Below, one piece after another: positions 7,164-15,455 of a stretch of DNA of 25,878 nt. The translations under genes were made by a program, and so were the position numbers. The stretch lies in assembly GCA_030633145.1 (NCBI GenBank), contig DAOVTM010000001.1, forward strand, positions 1-25,878. The letters run 5' to 3'. Each line of letters starts with the position of its first letter. Within the stretch, counting starts at the first letter, position 1. Origin of the DNA: Desulfobulbaceae bacterium. GTDB lineage: Bacteria; Desulfobacterota; Desulfobulbia; Desulfobulbales; Desulfobulbaceae. The notes under the pieces were generated by a model. The model saw only the letters and a list, made by a program, of their open reading frames with translations. It made no database searches and was not told the DNA's origin.

Positions 7164-7923
7164 TATCCGTTATGGAGCAGGGATCGGGGCCAGGTTTCAT
7201 CTGCCGCTGCCCTATTCCGGCTACCTGAAGCGGTCAACTGATAATTATGACCGGATTGTCTCCTTTATCAGCGACTGTGGTGCAGACCTGGTAGGGCTGG
7301 TGGAGGTGGATTCCGGTTCCTTTCGTACCGGCAACTGCTGTCAGGCTGAAACCATGGCCAGGAAACTGGGTTATAACCATGTAATTGAGTCAAAGTACCG
7401 CCAGAATTCCTTTCACCAGCGGGTGCCAGTGCTGGGTAATCAGGGAAATGCCCTGCTTGCAAGAGAGGATATCCTTGAGCATCGGTTTCACTTCTTCCGG
7501 CAGGGGGTAAAACGGCTGGTGATAGAGGCCAGAACTGAGTGCGTAACCATCTTTATCGTACATCTTTCCCTTACCTACCATAATCGGCAGAACCAGCTGG
7601 AACAGCTCTATAAGATTGTGCGCAAGGCAGAGGGACCTGTTATTGTGGCAGGAGATTTTAATGTCTTATGGGGCGATCAGGAGCTGGAGCTTTTTCTTGC
7701 CGCCACTGGTCTGCGCAGTGCCAATACAGAGGGAAAGCCCTCCCATCCCAGCCATGCCCCCACCCGTCAGTTAGATTATATCCTCCATAGTGAGGAGCTG
7801 CGGGTGAAAGATTTTTCTATTCCCGGGGTTGTGTTTTCTGATCATGCTCCGCTTGTGTGTGATTTTGAGTTATCCGCAGATTACGCAGATGACGCAGATA
7901 ACAGCAAGATGATACAAAGATGA
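7144..7923 (+). CDS. Endonuclease/exonuclease/phosphatase (EEP) family protein
   Basis: MRFLLYNIRY start, DLVGLVEVD, VHLSL, IVAGDFN, LDYIL, FSDHAPL; start moved from 7123 to 7144 to fit the family N-terminus. Confidence 0.88.
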   Translation: MRFLLYNIRYGAGIGARFHLPLPYSGYLKRSTDNYDRIVSFISDCGADLVGLVEVDSGSFRTGNCCQAETMARKLGYNHVIESKYRQNSFHQRVPVLGNQGNALLAREDILEHRFHFFRQGVKRLVIEARTECVTIFIVHLSLTYHNRQNQLEQLYKIVRKAEGPVIVAGDFNVLWGDQELELFLAATGLRSANTEGKPSHPSHAPTRQLDYILHSEELRVKDFSIPGVVFSDHAPLVCDFELSADYADDADNSKMIQR

Positions 7924-8109
7924 AGTGGCTTTTCTTTACTGCTATCTGTTGGTGCGCACAGCGCACCCTACGGTAACGCAGACTCCGAAAACTACAGGGA
8001 AATAGGCAGGTAGGGTGCGCTGTGCGCACCATTGCTGTGGTTACCGTTAAGGGAAATGATGCAGGATGCCGTATTTTTAATCTGCGCTGTCTGCGTAATC
8101 TGCGGATAA
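7870..8109. repeat. Outer 30-bp inverted repeat built from 9-mer units (240-bp element)
   Basis: TTATCCGCAGATTACGCAGATGACGCAGAT (7870-7899) vs the reverse complement of 8080-8109, TTATCCGCAGATTACGCAGACAGCGCAGAT; 27/30 identical. Confidence 0.9.
7951..8030. repeat. GTAG-type REP doublet (REPIN-like)
   Basis: GGTGCGCACAGCGCACCCTAC (7951-7971) / GTAGGGTGCGCTGTGCGCACC (8010-8030), perfect 21-bp IR; each copy is an internal palindrome with a GTAG foot. Confidence 0.85.
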
Positions 8110-8886
8110 ATCGTTTTTGGGCAGCATTATCATTGATCCATTCCTTCCAGTGATCCGATTCCCCTCCCTTCCAGCCCTGCGATAGGAAAAAAAGTCTCTG
8201 TTGCAGACAGTACATATCGCGCAAATCTCAATGTTCTCCCTTGTTATTCCGACACGTTGCAGTTGGTCACGGCTGATAGCCCAAAAATCAAAATAGTTGG
8301 GGTTGACCTGGAAGCAGTGAAAAGCAACAGGAAGTTCCTGCGCATAGTTTTTGAATTCCCCGCAGCATGATCCCAGTGAGGGGCTGATAACCGCCCTGAT
8401 ATCTTTGGCTCTGCTTCCAAATCCTTCAATCAACGCGGTTATAGTTTTTGTTATAATATTGCGAACACTGCCCTGCCAACCGCTGTGGATGGCTGCTATT
8501 GCTCCCTGTACTGGATCGTGCAACAGGATAGCCTGACAGTCAGCCTGTTGGATCATCAGACCGATACCAGGCTGGTTAGTGATCAGGGCATCGCAATCCT
8601 TAAACTCCAGGTCCTGTGTGATCGACGTGCTGACTGTAAAAACCCTATCGCCATGCACCTGTCTGGCGGATGCAAGATATTCTACCTCCAGTTCTGTTTT
8701 AAGAAGCTGCCTGTTTGCCAGGACTGCAGCTTCCCTGTCGCCAACACCGTAACTCAGGTTCAGGGACGTATAAGGCATTCTACTGATTCCTCCGTGGCAA
8801 CAGAACATTCCATGGGGGACAGCAAGGAGGTCTGAGCTGTACCATGCCATATTCCCTCTTGTGTGACCCTGTTGTCTGCTGATCAT
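8077..8886 (-). CDS. pgeF: PgeF/YfiH (peptidoglycan editing factor, laccase-like domain)
   Basis: SLNLSYGVGD, QVHG, DALITN, QADCQAILL, AIHSGWQG, ISPSLGSCC, CTVC, FFSYRR; exact start uncertain (8886 or the later MAWY). Confidence 0.92.
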   Translation of the reverse strand: MISRQQGHTRGNMAWYSSDLLAVPHGMFCCHGGISRMPYTSLNLSYGVGDREAAVLANRQLLKTELEVEYLASARQVHGDRVFTVSTSITQDLEFKDCDALITNQPGIGLMIQQADCQAILLHDPVQGAIAAIHSGWQGSVRNIITKTITALIEGFGSRAKDIRAVISPSLGSCCGEFKNYAQELPVAFHCFQVNPNYFDFWAISRDQLQRVGITRENIEICAICTVCNRDFFSYRRAGREGNRITGRNGSMIMLPKNDLSADYADSAD

Positions 8887-8911
8887 AATGTCTGGTCTCA
8901 GAGGAACGGAT

Positions 8912-8941
8912 AAAAAAAGGGGAAACCTTGCGGCTTCCCCT
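8912..8941 (-). terminator. Rho-independent terminator of the downstream DUF3373-like gene
   Basis: Minus strand AGGGGAAGCCGCAAGGTTTCCCC followed by T7. Confidence 0.8.
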
Positions 8942-8977
8942 CTGTTTGTTGGACTGTATTATCAGCTACTTTCAGGT

Positions 8978-10573
8978 CTAAAAGAATACATCCAGGGTCA
9001 CATACACCTGATCTGCACTTTCGATCGGCATCAGTCCACCAGTCTGGCCAGCAATCATATAGGCAGCAGACATCATCATGGCATCATCGGTATCATACGG
9101 CTTTATGTTCCAGTCAACCCCGCTGTAATCATACCAGTAATGCTGGTAGCCAAAACGGAGGAATGCGCTGCCGTACTTGGAGAGTACTTCGCCTGCAGGC
9201 AGGTCGTAGATCATATAGATCTCAGCGACCTGGCCTCGGGTACTCAGCTTGGAGAGGTAGAGGTCGTCATGCCCGGGAGTAAAGGCAATCCAGTACTCGG
9301 AACCATAGTTATACTCCATACCAAACTTCAGATCGGCACTGTCCAGGTCGTACCGCAGTCCAGCATAAACAGAGTAACCGTTTTCAGCATTGGTGTTGGG
9401 GCGCCACTGGGGATTGGGCAGATAGGTACCGTCTGCCTGCGGGATCATGGAGGTGGCATAGTCGTTGAACATACCAGTTCCACCTGGATCGGTTTGGCTC
9501 CAGCCACCGGCTATGAAATAAGTCAGGTTGGAGATCTTGTCCTGATACACGGCAGAGGTGTGGTAGATATTACCCTCTGTGTATCTATCTCCCATGGAAT
9601 CAGCAGCCATCGCATTGATGATCGGATCCTGAAAATTGGGATAGTTGAACATGTTGACTACGGCAAAGGACTGTATGTTCATGAAGCGATCCCCTCGTTT
9701 CAACACATCCCAGCTCAAGCCCAAGAAGTCGGTATCGTCAAGCGGGTAGGCATCTGCACCGTCTGTGGTAATCTGCAGTCCGTTTTCAAAACCGCGTCCA
9801 TAACAGAAGCGGATTCGACCACTGCCCATGGCATCATTGCCCCAGGCATAGGCGTAGCCCATGGAGATACCGTCAAAGGGATAGTCCATGTAGGCGACAG
9901 GGGTGGCCATTCGGTGATCCGTGCCAAGGCGAACCTGGGCTGGAGGGCCGTCCGTGGTGGGACGACGACCAATGGAAAACCAGAAAGGAACACCGCCGAT
10001 ATTTGTCCAGTTGATAAAGGCACGGTCAACACGCAGGGCATTGTCCGAGGGAGTTCTGGTGGAGTTGCCGTCAAACTGCAGCCACCAGGAATTCATGTCG
10101 TTGCGGGCATAACTTTGCATGCCCCATGCCTTGTACATGGCAAGACGACCAGAAAAACTTACATATTCAGTAGCCTTTACCCGCATGTTCAGACGAAAAC
10201 GATTGGTGAACATGGTGTCGTTGTTGAATTCGTACCCTTCCATGGTCTGACCAGTCATGCTCATATAGTCGGGACCAGTGGCGTTGTAGTAATTCATACG
10301 GGCGCGAAAATCACCGTTGAATTTAATACGGGCTGCAAGATCCCATGCCTCGGATTTTTCATCCAGCATGTCTTCCATACCATCGACAGTAGCCCCATAC
10401 TCGGAGATCATCTCTCCCTGCTGGGCAACTTGAGCCTTCAAAGCCTCAATCTGACGAGCCAGATCATCGGCCATGGCATTGATATCCGATGGTGACTTGC
10501 CACCGCCTGCTGAAGCTGCCGCAGGCAGAGCAATCATTGCAGCCAGGGTTAATGCAGAAAATTGTTTGATCAT
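8978..10573 (-). CDS. DUF3373-like outer-membrane beta-barrel protein, paralog B
   Basis: Signal peptide, short coiled coil, GDFRAR, NRFRLNMR, GRLAMYKAWG, LRVDRAF, SIGRRPTTDGPP, C-terminal Phe (DVFF); family assigned from recalled motifs. Confidence 0.75.
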   Translation of the reverse strand: MIKQFSALTLAAMIALPAAASAGGGKSPSDINAMADDLARQIEALKAQVAQQGEMISEYGATVDGMEDMLDEKSEAWDLAARIKFNGDFRARMNYYNATGPDYMSMTGQTMEGYEFNNDTMFTNRFRLNMRVKATEYVSFSGRLAMYKAWGMQSYARNDMNSWWLQFDGNSTRTPSDNALRVDRAFINWTNIGGVPFWFSIGRRPTTDGPPAQVRLGTDHRMATPVAYMDYPFDGISMGYAYAWGNDAMGSGRIRFCYGRGFENGLQITTDGADAYPLDDTDFLGLSWDVLKRGDRFMNIQSFAVVNMFNYPNFQDPIINAMAADSMGDRYTEGNIYHTSAVYQDKISNLTYFIAGGWSQTDPGGTGMFNDYATSMIPQADGTYLPNPQWRPNTNAENGYSVYAGLRYDLDSADLKFGMEYNYGSEYWIAFTPGHDDLYLSKLSTRGQVAEIYMIYDLPAGEVLSKYGSAFLRFGYQHYWYDYSGVDWNIKPYDTDDAMMMSAAYMIAGQTGGLMPIESADQVYVTLDVFF

Positions 10574-10640
10574 TTTTTCTCTCTTTCCTGTGGGGGGTGC
10601 GGTATGGGATGTAGGGCTTGTCCCGTTTAGCTGTGAAATG

Positions 10641-10670
10641 AAAAAAAAGGGAAGCCTGACGGCTTCCCTT
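10641..10670 (-). terminator. Rho-independent terminator between the two paralogs
   Basis: AAGGGAAGCC-TGAC-GGCTTCCCTT (10647-10670), with the A-run at 10641-10648 giving the U-tract on the minus strand. Confidence 0.85.
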
Positions 10671-10705
10671 GGATACTGTTGCTTCAGTGGTGATACATGG
10701 TTGGC

Positions 10706-12301
10706 TTAGAAGAATACATCCAGGGTCAGATAGACCTGATCAGCACTTTCAACCGGCATCAGTCCACCAGACTGACCAGCCATCATGTAGGCAGCAGACA
10801 TCATCATGGCATCATCGGTATCATACGGTTTCATGTTCCAGTCAATCCCAGAGTAATCATACCAGTAATGCTGGTAACCGAGGCGGATATAGGCATCGGC
10901 GTACTTGGAAAGCTTCTCGCCGGCCGGCAGGTCATAAATCATATAGAGTTCAGCAACCTGACCGCGGGTACTCAGCTTGGAGAGATACATATCGTCGTGT
11001 CCCGGAGTAAAGGCGATCCAGTACTCGGAACCGTAGTTGTATTCCATACCAAACTTGAGGCCAGCATTGTCCAGGTCGTAACGTACACCTGCATAAACAG
11101 AGTAACCGTTTTCGCTGTTGGTGTTGGGACGCCACATTGAGTTGGGCAGATATGTACCGTCTGCCTGCGGGATCATGGAGGTCGCATAGTCGTTGAACAT
11201 GCCATTTCCACCCGGATCGGTCTGACTCCAGCCACCAGCTACGAAATAGGTCAGGGCAGCAACCTTGTCCTGAAAGACCGCAGAGGTGTGATAGATATTG
11301 CCCTCTGCATATCTCTCTCCCATGGTATCAGAAGCCATCGCATCGATGATTGAATCCTGGAAGTTTGGGTAGTTGAACATGTTGACAACGGCAAATGACT
11401 GGATATTGATGAAGCGGTCACCGCTCTTCATTACATCCCAGCTCAGACCAAGAAAATCGGTATCATCAAGGGGATAGGCATCAGCACCGTCTGTGGTAAT
11501 CTGCAGGCCATTTTCAAAGCCTCGACCATAGCAGAAACGGACGCGACCGCTGCCCATGGCATCACTGCCCCAGGAATAAGCGTACCCTGCGGAAATACCA
11601 TCAAAGGGGTAGTCCATATAGGCAACAGGGGTGGCCATACGATGGTCAGTACCCTGGCGAACCTGTGCAGGCGGACCATCAGTAGTGGGGCGGCGCCCGA
11701 TGGAGAACCATATCGGCGCTCCGCCGATTCCGCTCCAGTTGACAAAGGCACGGTCAACGCGCAGGGCATTGTCTGATGGGGTGCGGGTGGTGTTACCGTC
11801 AAACTGCGGCCACCAGGAATTCATGTCGTTACGGGCATAACTCTCCATACCCCATGCCTTGTACATGGCAAGACGACCCTTGAACTCGATGTTCTCAGTG
11901 GCCTTGACCCGCATGTTGAGACGGAAGCGATTGGTGAACATGGTGTCGTTGCTGTACTCATACCCTTCCATGGTCTGACCCATCATGTTCATGTAATCGG
12001 GTCCCTGGGCATTGTAGTAATCCATACGGGCACGGAAATCGCCGTAGAATTTAATACGGGCTGCCAGATCCCAGGCCTCAGATTTTTCGTCCAGCATATC
12101 TTCCATACCGTCAACGGTGGCACCGTATTCGGATATAACTTCATTCTGTTGGGAAAGCTGAGCCTTCAGAGCCTCAAGCTGACGGGACAGCTCATCAATT
12201 TTGTTGTTGATATCCGACGGTGATTTTCCTCCACCTGCTGATGCAGCAACAGGCAGCGCAATCATTCCGGCCAGAGCCAACGCTGATAACTTTTTGATCA
12301 T
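10706..12301 (-). CDS. DUF3373-like outer-membrane beta-barrel protein, paralog A
   Basis: Same length (531 aa) and motifs as 8978-10573; colinear and highly similar throughout. Confidence 0.75.
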   Translation of the reverse strand: MIKKLSALALAGMIALPVAASAGGGKSPSDINNKIDELSRQLEALKAQLSQQNEVISEYGATVDGMEDMLDEKSEAWDLAARIKFYGDFRARMDYYNAQGPDYMNMMGQTMEGYEYSNDTMFTNRFRLNMRVKATENIEFKGRLAMYKAWGMESYARNDMNSWWPQFDGNTTRTPSDNALRVDRAFVNWSGIGGAPIWFSIGRRPTTDGPPAQVRQGTDHRMATPVAYMDYPFDGISAGYAYSWGSDAMGSGRVRFCYGRGFENGLQITTDGADAYPLDDTDFLGLSWDVMKSGDRFINIQSFAVVNMFNYPNFQDSIIDAMASDTMGERYAEGNIYHTSAVFQDKVAALTYFVAGGWSQTDPGGNGMFNDYATSMIPQADGTYLPNSMWRPNTNSENGYSVYAGVRYDLDNAGLKFGMEYNYGSEYWIAFTPGHDDMYLSKLSTRGQVAELYMIYDLPAGEKLSKYADAYIRLGYQHYWYDYSGIDWNMKPYDTDDAMMMSAAYMMAGQSGGLMPVESADQVYLTLDVFF

Positions 12302-12698
12302 TTTTTCTCCTCTCTCTTTGTATAGGTTCTATGGGATGTTTCCCTATAGTTAATGTTTCCCATCAATCAACAGTGGTGCTTAATTGATGCCTCTCTAAAA
12401 TTATCAAATAATATATTTTTTTATCGTATTTGCTGAGCGATGTCAAGCAATGGATGCAAAAGAGTTAAAAAAATTGTACGGAAAAAAGAAAGGGGAATTT
12501 TTATTCTTTAAAAGTAGTTCTTTCTTTTTGCATATCTTGCTGAATATACATAGATTATTAGTGGAGAGTATAATTTTAACGAACTTGGATTCTTAAATAA
12601 GATATAATTTTTTGATTATTACTGCAAAGTGGTATATCTTTAAGGTGAAATTTTATTTGTCAATGAACCTGCTTCAGCCCATAACTCGGAGTGTTACC

Positions 12699-13304
12699 AT
12701 GCCTGTTCACCCAAGTATGTTGCTTCTGCTGATGACTCTTTTTGTTCCCACAACAGTTTTCTCTGAAACCAGCAGGGTATCGGATGGGTTGGAGGCACTG
12801 CACCATCATCTTGAGATAAATCTACAGGAGCATCTGGCAGCAGTGAAGATTGATCTTCAGAGTATAAAAGTTGAGTTTTCCACCGACGGTTGCAGCGGCG
12901 GACTCTCTGTGGGCTGGCAGTATCTTTCAGCGAAGATAGAGCGGATTGAGGACATCCATGGCCTTCGTCCGCCCTGGGAGTCCTGTTGTGTCACCCATGA
13001 TCATGTCTATTATAGTGGGGGAGATCGTTTTGATACACCTGTACACAGTTATCAGTTGCGCAGGCAAGCTGATCAGGCCTTACGGGATTGCGTTATTGAG
13101 ACCGGCAGGATGCGAATGAAAGAGTTAATGATACAGTATCATATTTCAGGAAAAGATGTGAACCGGCTTTACGCTGTTATTGGTGCCATGATGTACCAGG
13201 CCGTGCGTATCGGAGGAATGCCCTGTACCGGACTGCCCTGGCGTTGGGGCTATGGGTGGCCGAAATGTAATCTGTCTTTGCGCAAAACCGATAAAGAGAA
13301 GTGA
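12699..13304 (+). CDS. Secreted phospholipase A2-like protein (CCxxHD)
   Basis: GGAG RBS before the ATG at 12699; hydrophobic signal; TDGCSGG, WESCCVTHDHVYY, ADQALRDC, WRWGYGW. Confidence 0.6.
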   Translation: MPVHPSMLLLLMTLFVPTTVFSETSRVSDGLEALHHHLEINLQEHLAAVKIDLQSIKVEFSTDGCSGGLSVGWQYLSAKIERIEDIHGLRPPWESCCVTHDHVYYSGGDRFDTPVHSYQLRRQADQALRDCVIETGRMRMKELMIQYHISGKDVNRLYAVIGAMMYQAVRIGGMPCTGLPWRWGYGWPKCNLSLRKTDKEK

Positions 13305-13368
13305 AGTTATGGGTAGAAAAAAATAATTTGACAGCTCTGCGTCGGCAGGGTAAGTAGAACAATATCAT

Positions 13369-13440
13369 AACAGGGGTGGCCCTTGCGGCCTGAGATTACA
13401 CCCTTTGAACCTGATCCGGTTAGTACCGGCGAAGGGAGTC
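13369..13440 (+). ncRNA. TPP riboswitch
   Basis: GGGG..CTGAGA..ACCCTTTGAACCTGATCCGGTTAGTACCGGCGAAGGGA matches the THI-box consensus; lies upstream of thiamine genes. Confidence 0.95.
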
Positions 13441-13470
13441 CAGATGAAAAACGTTTTAAGTGTTTAATTT

Positions 13471-13505
13471 AAAGCCGTTTCCTTTTTGGAAGCGGCTTTT
13501 TTTTT
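13471..13505 (+). terminator. Riboswitch expression-platform terminator
   Basis: AAAGCCGTTTCC..GGAAGCGGCTTT followed by a long T-run. Confidence 0.88.
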
Positions 13506-13596
13506 GACTCATCAATCAGATTTGCTGGTTGTAAAACGGTATCCCGTCAGGCTCCTCTCAGGTTATTATTAACGATTGATTAACAGAGGAGCAGAC

Positions 13597-14367
13597 ATGC
13601 TGAATGAAGTAACTATTTCCAGGGGAATCATTGATTCATACATAGAAAAGTTTAAAGAGGCACTGGAGCTGGATGTCGCCATTGTCGGAGGCGGACCCTC
13701 TGGGTTGGTGGCAGGGTACTATCTGGCAAAGGCAGGTAAAAAGGTTGCCATGTTTGAGACCAAGCTGTCCATCGGCGGCGGTGTCTGGGGCGGCGGCATG
13801 ATGTTTAATGAGCTGGTGGTACAGGAGGAGGGCAGGGAAGTACTGGAGGAATTTGGCATGGAAGCACGGGAATACGCACCCGGTTACTATACCCTTGATT
13901 CTGTGTATATGGCGGCGACCCTGGTTCATAAGGCCATGAAGGCGGGGTTGAAAATCTTTAACCTGGTGGCCATGGAAGATGTGGTTATCAAGGAAGAACG
14001 GGTCTCTGGACTGGTGATTAACTGGGGTCCAGTACGTTCCATGGGCTTGCATATTGATCCCTTGACCCTGTATGCGAAATATGTCATCGATGCCACCGGC
14101 CATGATGCCAATGTGGCTCAGGTGCTGGTTCGTAAGATGGGAGTAACCCTTGATACTGCCACCGGCGGTATTGTCGGCGAGCGGTCAATGGCGGCGGAAA
14201 AAGGGGAGCAGCAGACCGTTGAGAACAGCAGAGAGATCTATCCGGGACTCTATGTCAGCGGCATGGCTGCCAATGCGGTGTGCGGAGGATATCGGATGGG
14301 ACCAGTCTTCGGCGGGATGCTTCTGTCAGGGGAAAAGGTGGCTGCCGAGATCTGCGGGAGGCTGTGA
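13597..14367 (+). CDS. thi4: Thi4 thiazole synthase, sulfide-dependent (non-Cys) type
   Basis: [55 protein letters not shown]; GAGGAG RBS supports the start at 13597. Confidence 0.93.
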   Translation: MLNEVTISRGIIDSYIEKFKEALELDVAIVGGGPSGLVAGYYLAKAGKKVAMFETKLSIGGGVWGGGMMFNELVVQEEGREVLEEFGMEAREYAPGYYTLDSVYMAATLVHKAMKAGLKIFNLVAMEDVVIKEERVSGLVINWGPVRSMGLHIDPLTLYAKYVIDATGHDANVAQVLVRKMGVTLDTATGGIVGERSMAAEKGEQQTVENSREIYPGLYVSGMAANAVCGGYRMGPVFGGMLLSGEKVAAEICGRL

Positions 14368-15392
14368 TGTGGCACCAGAAAAAGGAAGTACGAGCCATTG
14401 ATGCTAACCTGAACAGGGTATGCGAGGGGCTGCGGGTGATTGAGGATATTTGTCGTTTTGTCCTCATGGATCAATCCCGGCAACAACAGTTGAAAGAAAT
14501 GCGGCATACGGTACGGGCGGCAGCCACAGACAGCTATCTTGCCCATCGTGATTCTGTCCATGATCCCGGTTTTACCTCAAAAGGGGCAATGGAAATGGAG
14601 CGGCAGGGGGTGGCCGATCTTCTCTCTGCAAACAGCAAACGGGTACAGGAGGGGCTTCGTACCCTGGAAGAGCTGTATAAGATAGATGCTCCTGCTGCTT
14701 CAGTACAGATGAAGGGGCTGCGTTATCAGGCCTATCAGGTAGAAAAAATCCTGACATTGCGAATGGGCAGAAAAACGCTGCAGCAAGGACTTTACCTGGT
14801 ACTCACTAACCCCCCTGCCGGATATGAATCCTTGACCGAAATGGCGGTCAAGGCCGGATTGCCTGCGGTACAGCTCCGCTATAAGGGGGATGATGACCGG
14901 GAACTCTTACAGCTGGCTGTCAACATGCGGGAGATCACCCGACGAAGCGAGACCCTCTTTATCGTCAATGACCGGCCCGACATCGGGCTGATGGTCGAGG
15001 CCGACGGAATACATATCGGCCAGGAAGACTTGCCCGTCGAAGCGGTTCGGCAGCTGATCGGCCCGGATATGCTGCTGGGGTTTTCTACCCATAACCTTGA
15101 GCAGGTTCAAGGAGCCAACGCTGCAGCTGTTGATTATATTGGTTTTGGTCCTCTTTATACCACAAACTCTAAGGCCAGGCCTGACCCGGTTGTCGGGCCT
15201 GCCATGCTTGCCGAAGCCTACCATACCACAGAACTTCCTATTGTTGCCATTGGCGGATTGACCCTGGATAGGGTTCAGCAGCTGGATTCGGCACTCTATA
15301 ACAATGTCGCAGTGATCCGTGCGGTCACTGAGGCGGATGATCCACTGGCCGCAATGCAAACCATTCAGCAGTTGAGTCTTTCAATAGCATAG
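14367..15392 (+). CDS. thiE: ThiD2-ThiE fusion (HMP-P kinase domain plus thiamine-phosphate synthase)
   Basis: N-terminal IDANLNRVCEGLRVIED and ANSKRVQEGLRTLEE; C-terminal VQLRYK, IVNDRPD, GIHIGQED, STHN, DYIGFGPLY, VAIGG; TGATG coupling to thi4. Confidence 0.9.
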   Translation: MWHQKKEVRAIDANLNRVCEGLRVIEDICRFVLMDQSRQQQLKEMRHTVRAAATDSYLAHRDSVHDPGFTSKGAMEMERQGVADLLSANSKRVQEGLRTLEELYKIDAPAASVQMKGLRYQAYQVEKILTLRMGRKTLQQGLYLVLTNPPAGYESLTEMAVKAGLPAVQLRYKGDDDRELLQLAVNMREITRRSETLFIVNDRPDIGLMVEADGIHIGQEDLPVEAVRQLIGPDMLLGFSTHNLEQVQGANAAAVDYIGFGPLYTTNSKARPDPVVGPAMLAEAYHTTELPIVAIGGLTLDRVQQLDSALYNNVAVIRAVTEADDPLAAMQTIQQLSLSIA

Positions 15393-15410
15393 GAATTTTC
15401 ATTTTTCACC

Positions 15411-15438
15411 CTCGTTCCCATGCTCCTGCGTGGGAACG
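15411..15438. repeat. REP-like hairpin, GTTCCCA..TGGGAAC family
   Basis: GTTCCCATGCTCCTGCGTGGGAAC (15414-15437), identical to 25314-25337. Confidence 0.85.
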
Positions 15439-15455
15439 GTACTATAGGAGCAAAC

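Noticed and set aside
8888-10495. 535-aa plus-strand ORF antisense to paralog B
   Set aside because: No recognisable motifs; the equivalent frame opposite paralog A stops at 11140, so it is a codon-bias shadow
12418-12446. Sigma70 promoter for paralog A (TTGACA on the minus strand at 12446-12441)
   Set aside because: The -10 position reads TAAAAA and lacks the conserved final T; not supportable without TSS data
15420-15455. ThiC N-terminal extension MLLRGNGTIGAN
   Set aside because: Encoded by the REP hairpin; the RBS supports 15456. The track starts at 7123, 12612, 13576 and 14280 were shortened on similar RBS, coupling or family-start grounds
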